Below the pieces are notes generated by a model that worked only from the letters and a program-made list of their open reading frames with translations, was not told the origin of the DNA and ran no database searches. A stretch of DNA of 38,314 bases from the IMG/VR virus record IMGVR_UViG_3300042400_000292. The stretch is one strand, 5' to 3'. Both the position numbers and the translations under genes were made by a program. Positions 1 through 8,706 of the stretch are shown here, piece by piece (the first letter of the stretch is position 1; each line of letters begins with the position of its first letter). Source of the stretch: a virus.

Positions 1-127
1 TAGAAAGGCTTAGTTTTGCCTTAGAAGGGCAGGAAGTGGTAACAACAACACAAAGTGTATACCCACACTTAACATCTAATGAATCAGTTAGTATTCAACT
101 TGGATCACAAGATTTTGTAGGTGGTGC
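1..127. repeat. Terminal direct repeat copy A, identical to 38188-38314 (circular-assembly overlap)
   Basis: Compared base by base. Both copies run from tagaaaggcttagttttgcc to ttttgtaggtggtgc. The repeat lies inside a reading frame that is continuous across the junction. Confidence 0.95.
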
Positions 128-290
128 GGTTAGATGGAAGCCAGAAGTGTTATTTGATCCTAAAACAATGCGTAAAGTAGATATTAGAACGACTGGAAAG
201 CTACTGTCATGGCGCATTAAGTCAACTGGTTTATTACCATTTACTTTAAGTGGTTTGGATATAGAATATGTAACTAATGGGGTGAGATAA
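1..290 (+). CDS. 3' end of the wrap-around virion structural gene (continues from 36915-38187)
   Basis: Same frame as the open ORF starting at ATG 36915 once the 127-bp overlap is collapsed. Track ORF 36..290 is only its last 84 codons. Stop TAA at 288-290. Confidence 0.8.
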   Translation, partial: ERLSFALEGQEVVTTTQSVYPHLTSNESVSIQLGSQDFVGGAVRWKPEVLFDPKTMRKVDIRTTGKLLSWRIKSTGLLPFTLSGLDIEYVTNGVR

Positions 291-757
291 TGGACAGTAC
301 ATTAATAGCTCAACTGCTTGGTCAGATGGATAAGTCTACACAAGAAAGCCCATACAGCATGAAAGGTTTGGCTTATAAAGTACTTAATCAAATGGATGAC
401 TTCAATAAAGAAAGTCCTGACTATGGCATGGATAGTTATATTAAAAAGAATGGCGTTCCAGCCCCATACCAGTCAATGGTTGAGTACATGAAGGGTGGTA
501 GGCATATTGGTGATGAATTTAAGATGCCTAACCACCAAACATTCTCAACACAAAGCAGTTATTCTGCGCCAGATATGCAGGGTGGTGAATGGAAAACTGG
601 CGGTGCTGAAGGATCAAATTATTGGAGTTTCAAGCCATCTGAATTTAATTTAAAACAACATCCTATTGAAGATTTAATTAAGTTTTGGAAGTCATCACAG
701 CCACAAGGAACATTCTTGCAATTACCTAATGGCAGTTTTTATGATGGGGGAAGCTAA
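290..757 (+). CDS. Hypothetical virion-module protein (155 aa)
   Basis: Track ORF. The ATG shares one base with the upstream stop (TAATG). Tightly packed in the tail/ejection gene block. No motif recognised. Confidence 0.7.
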   Translation: MDSTLIAQLLGQMDKSTQESPYSMKGLAYKVLNQMDDFNKESPDYGMDSYIKKNGVPAPYQSMVEYMKGGRHIGDEFKMPNHQTFSTQSSYSAPDMQGGEWKTGGAEGSNYWSFKPSEFNLKQHPIEDLIKFWKSSQPQGTFLQLPNGSFYDGGS

Positions 758-1458
758 TGGAACAACCTCCTTTTACAACATCACCAGAACTTAAAGAGTA
801 TTTAGTTAGGCAACTAACATCAGTCAACTACAAGGCTGATGATCTGGGTAATTTAAGCATATTGACAGCATTACCAACAAAGCCACATGTCGGCAAGATT
901 TACTATTTTGCTAATGCTATTTTACCAAGCATTACTTATGAAGGCGCATGGGTTTATACTTCATATGGTTGGACATCGTTATCATCAATGTCATCTACTC
1001 CTTATGGTGCGTTTGAAGATACAGTTTCACATACGGTAACAGCCAACACAGCTAATGCTATGACATTTAATACTACTGATTATAGTAGCAATGTCAGTAT
1101 GGTTAGTGGATCAAGGATAACAGTTGCATATAGTGGCTTATATAATTTGCAATTTAGTACGCAGTTTCAAAATACAGATAATTCATTACAGGACGTTAGT
1201 ATTTGGTTGCGTATAAATGGCACAGATGTTGCGGGTTCTACAGGATATATTTCTGTACCCAATAGGCATGGTGGTATAGAAGGACATAGCATTAATGGCT
1301 GGAACTTCTTTGTTAGATTAACTGCAAGTCAATATGTTGAAATCTGGTGGTCTACAACACACGCTGGTGTTACTATACAAGCATACGCAGCAGGAACTTC
1401 ACCAACTAGACCATCAACTGCATCTAACGTAGCAACTATGACTTATGTAGGCCAGTAG
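757..1458 (+). CDS. Putative fibre/receptor-binding protein with a C1q/TNF/BclA-like C-terminal jelly-roll (233 aa)
   Basis: TAATG overlap with the upstream gene. The C-terminal ~120 aa (GLYNLQFSTQF..VSIWLRINGTDV..QYVEIWWST) shows the beta-strand pattern of C1q-like heads. This is motif-level recognition only. Confidence 0.55.
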   Translation: MEQPPFTTSPELKEYLVRQLTSVNYKADDLGNLSILTALPTKPHVGKIYYFANAILPSITYEGAWVYTSYGWTSLSSMSSTPYGAFEDTVSHTVTANTANAMTFNTTDYSSNVSMVSGSRITVAYSGLYNLQFSTQFQNTDNSLQDVSIWLRINGTDVAGSTGYISVPNRHGGIEGHSINGWNFFVRLTASQYVEIWWSTTHAGVTIQAYAAGTSPTRPSTASNVATMTYVGQ

Positions 1459-1459
1459 T

Positions 1460-1873
1460 ATGAAATTAAAAGTATTAGCAGTACATACTAATTATGTCAA
1501 CCAAACATGGCCATATGTAGAACATTTTATTGAGTCTGCATTGTCATATTCTGCTGGCGATTATGACACGGCAGAAATAAAAGTTATGCTAACACAAGGT
1601 AACTGGCAATTAATTATTGCAACCGATGATAATGAAAAAGTACATGGCGCATTAGTTGTATCTTATTTTAATAGGCCAACTAATCGTGTTGCTTTTGTTG
1701 TTGCAATTGGTGGTAAATGTGTTACAAATAAAGATACATTTAACCAGTTTGAAGAAATTTTGAAATTAAATGGTGCAACTTATCTGGAAGGTTCAGGTCG
1801 TGAGTCAATCATCCGATTATGGAACCGTTACGGTATGACACAGAAGTATGTAGTAACAGGTAAATCACTTTAA
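1460..1873 (+). CDS. Hypothetical protein (137 aa), possibly a GNAT-like fold
   Basis: Track ORF starting 2 nt after the upstream stop. Its size and alternating beta/alpha pattern (VAFVVAIGGKCV...) loosely resemble small acetyltransferase folds. The functional call is weak. Confidence 0.55.
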   Translation: MKLKVLAVHTNYVNQTWPYVEHFIESALSYSAGDYDTAEIKVMLTQGNWQLIIATDDNEKVHGALVVSYFNRPTNRVAFVVAIGGKCVTNKDTFNQFEEILKLNGATYLEGSGRESIIRLWNRYGMTQKYVVTGKSL

Positions 1874-1888
1874 ATCTAGGGGAATAAC

Positions 1889-2728
1889 ATGTCAGGTGGT
1901 GGAAATTATAGTCAAAGCAACGCAAGTAACCAAAGTAATTTTAAGCAACAGATTCCTAAGTGGCAATCTGATGCGCTTACTCAAATGTACAATGCAGCAG
2001 CAGGCACTTATGGTAATGTTGGAAATACCATTAATCAGCAAATGGGTGGAGCGCAAGATTACATTAACCAAACAAACCAAGCTGCAATGCCAGCATGGCA
2101 AAACCAGTTAGGTGGTGGTGTATATCAAGGCATGGATAATGCCAATAGGCTTTCTGAGTCATTACAGCAATCGTTAAATGCTCCAACTAACACACAAAGC
2201 ATCTATTCCCAGATGATGGGTGGACAGGGTAATACCTATGCTGATGCAATGAAAGCTGGTTATGCTGCTGATGCCAATAGAGCAACTGCTAATATGCTAT
2301 CTAATCTTGATGCGAGGGCAACAGCTTCAGGCATGTCTGGTGGTTCAAGGCATGGCACTGCTACTTCTCAAGGAATGTATGATATTAACAGCAACCTGCA
2401 AAAGAATTTAGCAGATGTTGGTTATAATACTTTTGATAAAGATTTGCAAAACAAACTTAACATTGCACAACAAGCAGACCAAGGAACTCTTGCTAGACAA
2501 CAACTAATGTCAAACATGTTAGGTCAGCAACAAGGCGTGTCTACTGGTGCTTTAGGTATGGGTCAGAATATGCAAAATCTTGGTATGGGTTCTTTTGCTC
2601 CTGGCATGATGCCGTGGCAAAACATTAGTAACTATGCAAATGCTTTAGGATCACCAACTGTACTTAGTTCAGGCAGCAGTTCTGGTAATAGTAGTGCGAT
2701 GGGTATGGGCGGTGGTGGTGGAAAATGA
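1889..2728 (+). CDS. Q/N/G/M-rich low-complexity internal virion/ejection-type protein (279 aa)
   Basis: SD-like AGGGGA lies upstream of the ATG. Composition is strongly biased and the protein ends GMGGGGGK. It sits in the structural operon. Confidence 0.7.
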   Translation: MSGGGNYSQSNASNQSNFKQQIPKWQSDALTQMYNAAAGTYGNVGNTINQQMGGAQDYINQTNQAAMPAWQNQLGGGVYQGMDNANRLSESLQQSLNAPTNTQSIYSQMMGGQGNTYADAMKAGYAADANRATANMLSNLDARATASGMSGGSRHGTATSQGMYDINSNLQKNLADVGYNTFDKDLQNKLNIAQQADQGTLARQQLMSNMLGQQQGVSTGALGMGQNMQNLGMGSFAPGMMPWQNISNYANALGSPTVLSSGSSSGNSSAMGMGGGGGK

Positions 2729-3180
2729 TATACGATGACTTAACTAGCTTTCTAAATTGGTGGTTTAGCAATGGTAGACCACTCAATATACCCCTTGATG
2801 ATCCAATTTATACCTATAAAGATGATCTAGGAAAAACAGTCACACTTTTTAATGTCTATCGAAGTGATGTCTATCAAGTTCAGTTGATTCATGTGCCGCC
2901 TAATACTGAAATAAAACTGCATGTTCATCCGAATATGGATAGTTATGAGGTTTTCAATTCTGGCGATGTAGTCTTTGAAAATAATGGTCAGTTTTATAGC
3001 TCAGAGATGGAAGGTTCAATGATGCCTATCAGGATACTACCTACCTCATGGCATGGTGGTGTTTTTGGTAAAGCTGGCGCTACCTTTTATTCAGTTCAAA
3101 AATACATCAATGGCACTCTACCTTCTAGCGCTGGCGAAGAATGGTACGGTGCTGATGGCTCAACGCAATACAAGGTGTAA
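2725..3180 (+). CDS. Cupin-fold protein (151 aa)
   Basis: ATGA overlap with the upstream stop. Two-motif cupin signature: LHVHPNMDSYEV followed by ILPTSWHG. Confidence 0.65.
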   Translation: MIYDDLTSFLNWWFSNGRPLNIPLDDPIYTYKDDLGKTVTLFNVYRSDVYQVQLIHVPPNTEIKLHVHPNMDSYEVFNSGDVVFENNGQFYSSEMEGSMMPIRILPTSWHGGVFGKAGATFYSVQKYINGTLPSSAGEEWYGADGSTQYKV

Positions 3181-3188
3181 TACTGTTT

Positions 3189-3953
3189 ATGAGTGTTTCA
3201 AAAAGAGTATATGTATTAACATTTTGCAAGGATATAAATCAGTTATATGGTTCATTGCTTGTATTTAAAAGTATTCGTATCGGGTTCCCAACTGCTGAAA
3301 TTATAGTAATTGATAACAATAGTATTACTGATGCTGTTATTGAGATAGAAAAAGCAGCGCATAGTGTTAATGCACAATTTGTTAAATTGGAAAATCAAGT
3401 GCTTCACCGTGATTATTTAAGGTATATTTTAAACTGTGAAAATGATGACGCTCAAGTATATATAATTGATCCTGATGTAATTTTTTGGAAAAACGTAGAA
3501 CTATTTACTACCAATAAATTGCTGGCTGGTAGACTAGTGCCTGAGTTCTTTGATGAATATACCGATACTATAACTAAACCAAGAATACACACTTCATTCT
3601 TGTATATACCTTGTGTAAAACTGTTAATAAACAAAATTAATGCACTGGAAAATAAATATTGTACTGACCTAATAAAATATACAACGCTTAAAGTAAATGG
3701 CAACTGGACAATGTGGGACACGTTTGGCCAAGTTTTTGAATGTTTGTATAGTGATATTGAAATATTTACAGAAAAACAAAATGATTGTTTTGACCATATA
3801 TTTTGTGGTAGTCATCTAAACATAATAGCAAAAAGGCACAACAATCCAAGACTACATGAGATTCATCGCTTATCTATTGAAAGCCCTCAAGAGCTTAAAG
3901 GGATATGGAGAGAGCAGCATGATTTCTTTTTATCAACAATTAATAAGGAATAG
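3189..3953 (+). CDS. GT-A/GT2-like glycosyltransferase-like protein (254 aa)
   Basis: N-terminal VYVLTFC..AEIIVIDNNSITD and a DxD-like YIIDPDVIF match the layout of family-2 glycosyltransferases. By eye it looks more AT-rich than its neighbours. Confidence 0.55.
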   Translation: MSVSKRVYVLTFCKDINQLYGSLLVFKSIRIGFPTAEIIVIDNNSITDAVIEIEKAAHSVNAQFVKLENQVLHRDYLRYILNCENDDAQVYIIDPDVIFWKNVELFTTNKLLAGRLVPEFFDEYTDTITKPRIHTSFLYIPCVKLLINKINALENKYCTDLIKYTTLKVNGNWTMWDTFGQVFECLYSDIEIFTEKQNDCFDHIFCGSHLNIIAKRHNNPRLHEIHRLSIESPQELKGIWREQHDFFLSTINKE

Positions 3954-3955
3954 TT

Positions 3956-4495
3956 ATGTGGGAACAATTAATACCAATGTTGTCTGAATTATTTAAGAGT
4001 GGAGCAGGATCGGCTGGAGCAAGTGGCGGTGGATTAATGGATTTATTAAGTAAGGGCAGCAGTAAAATGGGTGGTGCTAATAGCGCAATGTCTGGACAGG
4101 TTGCAGGTGCTGTATTGCCACAAACCCAATTTGGTCAACACATGACTGGATCACCAACAGTCACTAATCCTATGATGTCACCAGTTGAAGGTGCTGCCGT
4201 ATCAACTCCAAGTACAGGTAGTAGTGGTAAAAAATGGGAAAAGTGGGTTACACCACAAGATACATCTGCCGGACTATCTGCTGCACAACCTAATGACCCC
4301 ATGTATGGGCAGATGATGCAACAGGTTATGCAACAGCAGCAACCTCAACAACAAAGACAGCCAATGACTTCTGTTGGTGTAGCACAACTTCCACAGACAG
4401 GTATTCCACAAGCTACTATGCCTCAAATGCCTGGTGCTATTCATCCAAACGAAGATATGATGTCATTATTTAGAAGATTAATGGGAGGTGCGTAG
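3956..4495 (+). CDS. G/S/M/Q/P-rich low-complexity internal virion-type protein (179 aa)
   Basis: Track ORF starting 3 nt after the upstream stop. Contains MQQVMQQQQPQQQRQP and a glycine/serine-rich N-terminus. Confidence 0.65.
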   Translation: MWEQLIPMLSELFKSGAGSAGASGGGLMDLLSKGSSKMGGANSAMSGQVAGAVLPQTQFGQHMTGSPTVTNPMMSPVEGAAVSTPSTGSSGKKWEKWVTPQDTSAGLSAAQPNDPMYGQMMQQVMQQQQPQQQRQPMTSVGVAQLPQTGIPQATMPQMPGAIHPNEDMMSLFRRLMGGA

Positions 4496-5679
4496 TGGCA
4501 TTTAATATTGTTGATATGTTAAGAGGTGATATTGTCCAGCGACAACAACCTCAACAAAATTCAAGCTCAGGTCTTGGCGAGATGCTTTCATATCTAATGC
4601 AAAGTAACAACCAACCTGTTGCAAAAGTTCCTGAACAAGCTCAATACTGGAATCCTCCGAGTTTAAGTGAGATTGCTCAAGTTTCTGCTAATAGACGACA
4701 AGAAAAGCAACAGGAAGATTCATTTGCAAAATTGCGTGAATTGATTGGTACTAAAGGAACTGCTGGTAATAATATTCCAATACCATTTAGGGGTGCAGTA
4801 ATGCCAACTAAAGGAACAGGATTAATGGGTGGACAAATAACCATGCCAGAATTTGCTATTGGTCTTGCTGGTCTTCCTGACAAAGTATTAGCATCTCAAG
4901 GTTTTGATATGATAACTAACTTGTCAAAACCAACTCCTCAACCTGCTCTACATTCTATGGGTGTTCCTAATAAACCTGGTTATAAAGTTAATTTCTATCT
5001 TGATGCTAATAACCAACCTGTACCAGTTGGAGAACCATACAAAGCAGATGGTGGTATTAATATTAATACTGGTGCTACAGGTGCTATGGGTAATATATTA
5101 ACACCAGCGCAAAACAAAGAAATTGGTCTTAATGAAAAAGATGTTGCACAAGTTAATCCACAAGGAGGTATTAGTGTTATTAGCAAAGCACCTGCACCAG
5201 TTGAATTAAAAGATTGGCAAAGAAAAGATTTAGACTTTGCTACAAGAATGATAAAAGCAGATAAGATTTTGTCTGAAGTTGGTACTAATTACAGCCCAGC
5301 AGCTGTAAAAGCTGCAAGATTTTTAGAAAATGTGCCATTTGTAGATGATTTAGCTTATGCTAATTTAGATACAAACGATCAAAAGGTTTTGCAAGCTCAA
5401 CTCCAACTTCTTAATTCTGTATTAAGACCTGAATCTGGAGCTGTTATTGGTGATACTGAATTTTCAACTGGAGAAAGACAATATTTTCCAAGACCAAATG
5501 ATCCACAGGAGTTATTAGATCAAAAGGCTGCAGCAAGAAAAACTGCAATAGAAGGATTGTTGCTTGGAATACCTAAAGAATTTTATCCAAAAGATTATGG
5601 ATCATATTCTCCATCATCAACAGGAAATTCTAATTTATCGCATACTGATTATTTAAAATCAATAGGGGAAAAACCATGA
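4495..5679 (+). CDS. Internal virion/ejection-type protein (394 aa)
   Basis: GTG start overlapping the upstream TAG, with SD GGAGG 6 nt upstream. Long ORF in the structural operon. No enzymatic motif seen. Confidence 0.7.
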   Translation: MAFNIVDMLRGDIVQRQQPQQNSSSGLGEMLSYLMQSNNQPVAKVPEQAQYWNPPSLSEIAQVSANRRQEKQQEDSFAKLRELIGTKGTAGNNIPIPFRGAVMPTKGTGLMGGQITMPEFAIGLAGLPDKVLASQGFDMITNLSKPTPQPALHSMGVPNKPGYKVNFYLDANNQPVPVGEPYKADGGININTGATGAMGNILTPAQNKEIGLNEKDVAQVNPQGGISVISKAPAPVELKDWQRKDLDFATRMIKADKILSEVGTNYSPAAVKAARFLENVPFVDDLAYANLDTNDQKVLQAQLQLLNSVLRPESGAVIGDTEFSTGERQYFPRPNDPQELLDQKAAARKTAIEGLLLGIPKEFYPKDYGSYSPSSTGNSNLSHTDYLKSIGEKP

Positions 5680-7670
5680 GTTCCTATGGTGATTTACAAA
5701 AAGCATTTTATCTAGCGCAACAAAGAGGCGATACAGAGTATGCCACAAAGTTTGCAAAAGAATTAGCTGCACAAGGAACTGATTATAGTGGAAAGCAAGT
5801 TGAAGAAGCCAACCTACAGGCTGGTGATACTTTAGGTGGTAATGTTTGGAATGGTAAAGGATGGGTATCTCCTGATAAGTATGATCTGCCATTAAAAACT
5901 GTTGCTAGCACACCAACTGCACAAGAAAACAAACCTAAATCATCTATGTTTGGTCTTGGTGGACGTGCTATGTTAGAGGGTGTCGCTGGAGCTCCTGCTG
6001 GTATTTATAATGCAATTAGTGCTTTAGGCAATATTGGCATGCCTGAAAATAAAGTTGTAACTCCATTAACACCACCAGAAAGTATAAATACTCAACAGTA
6101 TGGTACTAAGTTAGCTGATTATTTAGGATTACCACAACCTACTAATGAGCAAGCAATTCCAATGGAAGTTGCAAGAACTATATCTGGATTTGCTGTTCCA
6201 TTAGGAATGTTAAGCAAAATTAAATCCATTCCATCAATGGCAGCTACAATGATTGGGTCTAATGCTCCAAAAGCAACTGCAATAACTGCTGGTTTATCAA
6301 AATATGCTACTGAAAAGGCAAAAGAAAAAGGATTGCCAGAATGGGAGCAAAGTCTTTTTGGAATGTTGACTGGACTTGGAGCTGGTAGCGTATTAGGAAT
6401 GGCTGCTCCAACATCGAGAGCGGTATTAAGGACAGGACAAAGTAGTTTTGGCACATTAGAACCATTGGCAGGTAGGTTATTAAATCGTCAAGCTGGTGCT
6501 GAAGCTGGTACTGTTGCTAACTTATTAGAAACTGGTGGCGTGCAGGGTGTTAAACCTATTGCTGGCTTTCAACCAAAAACATCAGATATTGCAGGAAACG
6601 CTGGCATATCTGCATTGGCAAGGTTTGTTGAAAATGATCCTAATTCATCCACAATATTAAGTGAGCGTTTATTTAACAATGCCAAATCATTAAAAGACTA
6701 TGTTAATAGAACTATTGGTTCTGATGCAAGCATAACTAAAAAACAAGATTATCTATATGATGTTGTTAATACGGTTTCTAAGCCTATGAGAGATAGAAAC
6801 TTACCAACTAATATTGATAATGTAATAAATTCTATTGATAACGCACTACTTAAGAACAAAGGAAATCCAGCTATTGAAGGTGCATTACAAAGTATTAAAG
6901 AGAAAATACCTGAAGGAGATGTTGGGTTTAATGAAGTTTATAATTTTAAACAGTATATTGATGATGCTTTGCGTGGAAAATATGATGATCCTGCTTCAAT
7001 GCAAATTGCAAAATCAGGAACAGCTTTGAATAATGTAAAAACAGAACTAGCAAAATCATTAACAAATACTGAATCAGAATTTGGTAAATTCTTAAAAACA
7101 CAAGCTATTGGTGTAAGACAACTTAATCAATCTAAACAAGCTGAAAAAATGATTAACCAAGCAACTAATAAAACACCAATTATTAGTAATAGAACAGGTA
7201 TTCAAGAAGAGGTATTTCCATTGTCTGCTGCTAACTTAAGAACTCAAATTCTTAATGAAAAAGCAATGAGTAAGTTATCACCTAATCAGCAAGCTATTTT
7301 TGAAAATGCACAAAGAGCAGCAACCGCAGGAACAAGAGGAAGCATGGGTATTGCTAGAGCATCAAATACTATGCAAAACCTTAAAATGAATGAATTAATT
7401 TCTGATGATGTTACTAGAGCATTACTTGGTTCTGATGTTAAAGATCAACCTGGAATCTTATCTAATATTTTACGTCCAGTAACAAGAGGCTTATCAAATG
7501 TTACTGGAAGAACTGGTGAGATTGCTGATATATTAGCGAAAGCAGAATTAGACCCTGCATATGCAGCTATGTTGATGCGAAAGTATAAATTATCTCCAAC
7601 TACTGATATGAAATCGGCTGCTGGTCGTAATGCTTTGTATGGCGCATTAACACAATATCAAAATAAATAA
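5676..7670 (+). CDS. Large internal virion/ejection-type protein (664 aa)
   Basis: ATGA overlap at 5676-5679. It is the largest gene of the distal structural block and is helical/Ala-Gly rich. The call rests on position and size. Confidence 0.7.
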   Translation: MSSYGDLQKAFYLAQQRGDTEYATKFAKELAAQGTDYSGKQVEEANLQAGDTLGGNVWNGKGWVSPDKYDLPLKTVASTPTAQENKPKSSMFGLGGRAMLEGVAGAPAGIYNAISALGNIGMPENKVVTPLTPPESINTQQYGTKLADYLGLPQPTNEQAIPMEVARTISGFAVPLGMLSKIKSIPSMAATMIGSNAPKATAITAGLSKYATEKAKEKGLPEWEQSLFGMLTGLGAGSVLGMAAPTSRAVLRTGQSSFGTLEPLAGRLLNRQAGAEAGTVANLLETGGVQGVKPIAGFQPKTSDIAGNAGISALARFVENDPNSSTILSERLFNNAKSLKDYVNRTIGSDASITKKQDYLYDVVNTVSKPMRDRNLPTNIDNVINSIDNALLKNKGNPAIEGALQSIKEKIPEGDVGFNEVYNFKQYIDDALRGKYDDPASMQIAKSGTALNNVKTELAKSLTNTESEFGKFLKTQAIGVRQLNQSKQAEKMINQATNKTPIISNRTGIQEEVFPLSAANLRTQILNEKAMSKLSPNQQAIFENAQRAATAGTRGSMGIARASNTMQNLKMNELISDDVTRALLGSDVKDQPGILSNILRPVTRGLSNVTGRTGEIADILAKAELDPAYAAMLMRKYKLSPTTDMKSAAGRNALYGALTQYQNK

Positions 7671-7682
7671 GGAGAATAGATA

Positions 7683-7820
7683 ATGCCATCAAAATCAAAA
7701 GCACAAGAAAAGTTAATGCAAGCAGCAGCACATAATCCTAAGTTTGCAAAGAAAGTCAAGATACCAGTTGATGTTGCTCAAGAGTTTGTAAAAGCTGATA
7801 AAGCTAAAAGGAAAAAATAG
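7683..7820 (+). CDS. Small basic protein (45 aa), DUF3008-like
   Basis: Below the track cutoff. SD AAGGAG at 7670-7675. MPSKSKAQEKLMQAAAHNPKF...VAQEFVKADKAKRKK resembles the MP.KSKAQ family as I recall it. Confidence 0.5.
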   Translation: MPSKSKAQEKLMQAAAHNPKFAKKVKIPVDVAQEFVKADKAKRKK

Positions 7821-7838
7821 TTTGCGCTCTGTAGCTTT

Positions 7839-7867
7839 GGGAGTTGTTTAACCAACTCCCTTTTTTT
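7839..7867 (+). terminator. Intrinsic terminator ending the rightward (late) arm
   Basis: GGGAGTTG (7839-7846), loop tttaac, CAACTCCC (7853-7860), then T7 (7861-7867). It lies at the convergence point of the two arms. Confidence 0.8.
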
Positions 7868-8117
7868 ATTTACGAACAAATTGACCATCAAGCAAGATCA
7901 TTTGTGTTTGATAAGCGTTGTTTCTTTCTTGACGTATTTGTTGTTCTTGGTTAAGTTCGTTTACATAAGCGTTATAATCCGCATGTTGTCGTTGTTGGCG
8001 TAATTCGTTAGTTATCCTGCTTGTTCTTGCTTCTTCTGCTAACTGATAGTTATTATCATCATCACAAGCAAACACTATAGTTGGAATTAGTAATAAAATT
8101 AATATTATGTTTTTCAT
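7866..8117 (-). CDS. Small lipoprotein (83 aa), last gene of the leftward arm
   Basis: Signal MKNIILILLLIPTIVFAC with a lipobox-like VFAC, followed by DDD (Asp at +2 is the inner-membrane retention rule in E. coli). The remainder is Q/E/R-rich. Confidence 0.7.
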   Translation of the reverse strand: MKNIILILLLIPTIVFACDDDNNYQLAEEARTSRITNELRQQRQHADYNAYVNELNQEQQIRQERNNAYQTQMILLDGQFVRK

Positions 8118-8215
8118 TTCTTTTCCTCTTTCTTTTTATCTCCAAATATCTTATCCCAATTTTCTTCAAACTTTTTCCTATCATTTATAGGACGTGGTGC
8201 TGAACCTTTACTCAT
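8114..8215 (-). CDS. Small conserved-looking protein (33 aa)
   Basis: Below the track cutoff. ATGA overlaps at both ends, with SD GGAGG 7 nt upstream. MSKGSAPRPINDRKKFEENWDKIFG resembles a recurrent short phage protein motif (..NWD.IFG). Confidence 0.5.
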   Translation of the reverse strand: MSKGSAPRPINDRKKFEENWDKIFGDKKKEEKK

Positions 8216-8355
8216 TGTTTTTCCTCCAGTTGTTTTTCTAACCATCGTACGCCATCTTCAAAACCTTCTTCCCATTCTTCAGAATAGTATTCTTCACTAA
8301 CTGTTGATGACCTTAATGAATTTATGTATTCTTCTATTTCTTTTTCGCTAATCAT
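8212..8355 (-). CDS. Small acidic protein (47 aa)
   Basis: Below the track cutoff. Its start overlaps the upstream stop by 8 nt and its stop overlaps the next ATG. Translation: MISEKEIEEYINSLRSS...WLEKQLEEKQ. Confidence 0.5.
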   Translation of the reverse strand: MISEKEIEEYINSLRSSTVSEEYYSEEWEEGFEDGVRWLEKQLEEKQ

Positions 8356-8638
8356 TTTTATTCCTCTCTGCGATCATTGCATCAGCTTGGTGATAAGAAT
8401 ACTCTGCAATTTGGTCATCATCTGGGCAATCAGAGATTCCCTTATTACAATAAATAGCTATATAACTTTGCATAGCCAAACCAGCAAAGTGGTCACGTAG
8501 TGATATAGGTGTAGGTGAAAACTCTTTACCGTCATGATAGCCATGACTATAAACCTCGGTTATAAATATATTTAAGCTATCTGGTGTTTTTGCAGTTACG
8601 CCATATAGTTCTGTTAGTTCTTTTATGTTATTCATCAT
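8348..8638 (-). CDS. Hypothetical early protein (96 aa)
   Basis: Track ORF. The LRDHFAGLAMQSYI ... YHQADAMIAER pattern recurs in small phage proteins of unknown function (from memory). Confidence 0.7.
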   Translation of the reverse strand: MMNNIKELTELYGVTAKTPDSLNIFITEVYSHGYHDGKEFSPTPISLRDHFAGLAMQSYIAIYCNKGISDCPDDDQIAEYSYHQADAMIAERNKND

Positions 8639-8706
8639 TCACCTCCAATGCCGTGTGCTTTTTCAATAGCTTTGTTAGCTCCCCTATACGCCATGAGCAA
8701 ATACAT
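8635..8706 (-). pseudogene. Truncated fourth member of the ..IEKAHGIGGGE paralog family (23 codons from the ATG; 37 from GTG 8748)
   Basis: Translates MYLLMAYRGANKAIEKAHGIGGE, with its stop overlapping the next ATG. It keeps only the family C-terminal cassette, and the SD before the ATG is weak. Confidence 0.35.

Noticed and set aside
1-127. The terminal 127-bp repeat as a genuine T7-like direct terminal repeat
   Set aside because: The repeat lies inside a continuous coding frame. It is exactly 127 bp, the usual maximum assembler k-mer, and has no flanking terminator or promoter features. A circular-assembly overlap is the simpler explanation. Only read-end analysis can settle it.
1892-2111. 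ORFs 1892..2101(-) and 1896..2111(+); likewise 3053..3268, 3452..3721, 4677..4883, 4995..5186, 5659..5892, 6119..6454, 6835..7029, 32944..33135, 35145..35327, 36186..36419, 37173..37403 and 37943..38167
   Set aside because: They overlap long structural genes in other frames or on the other strand and have no independent support.
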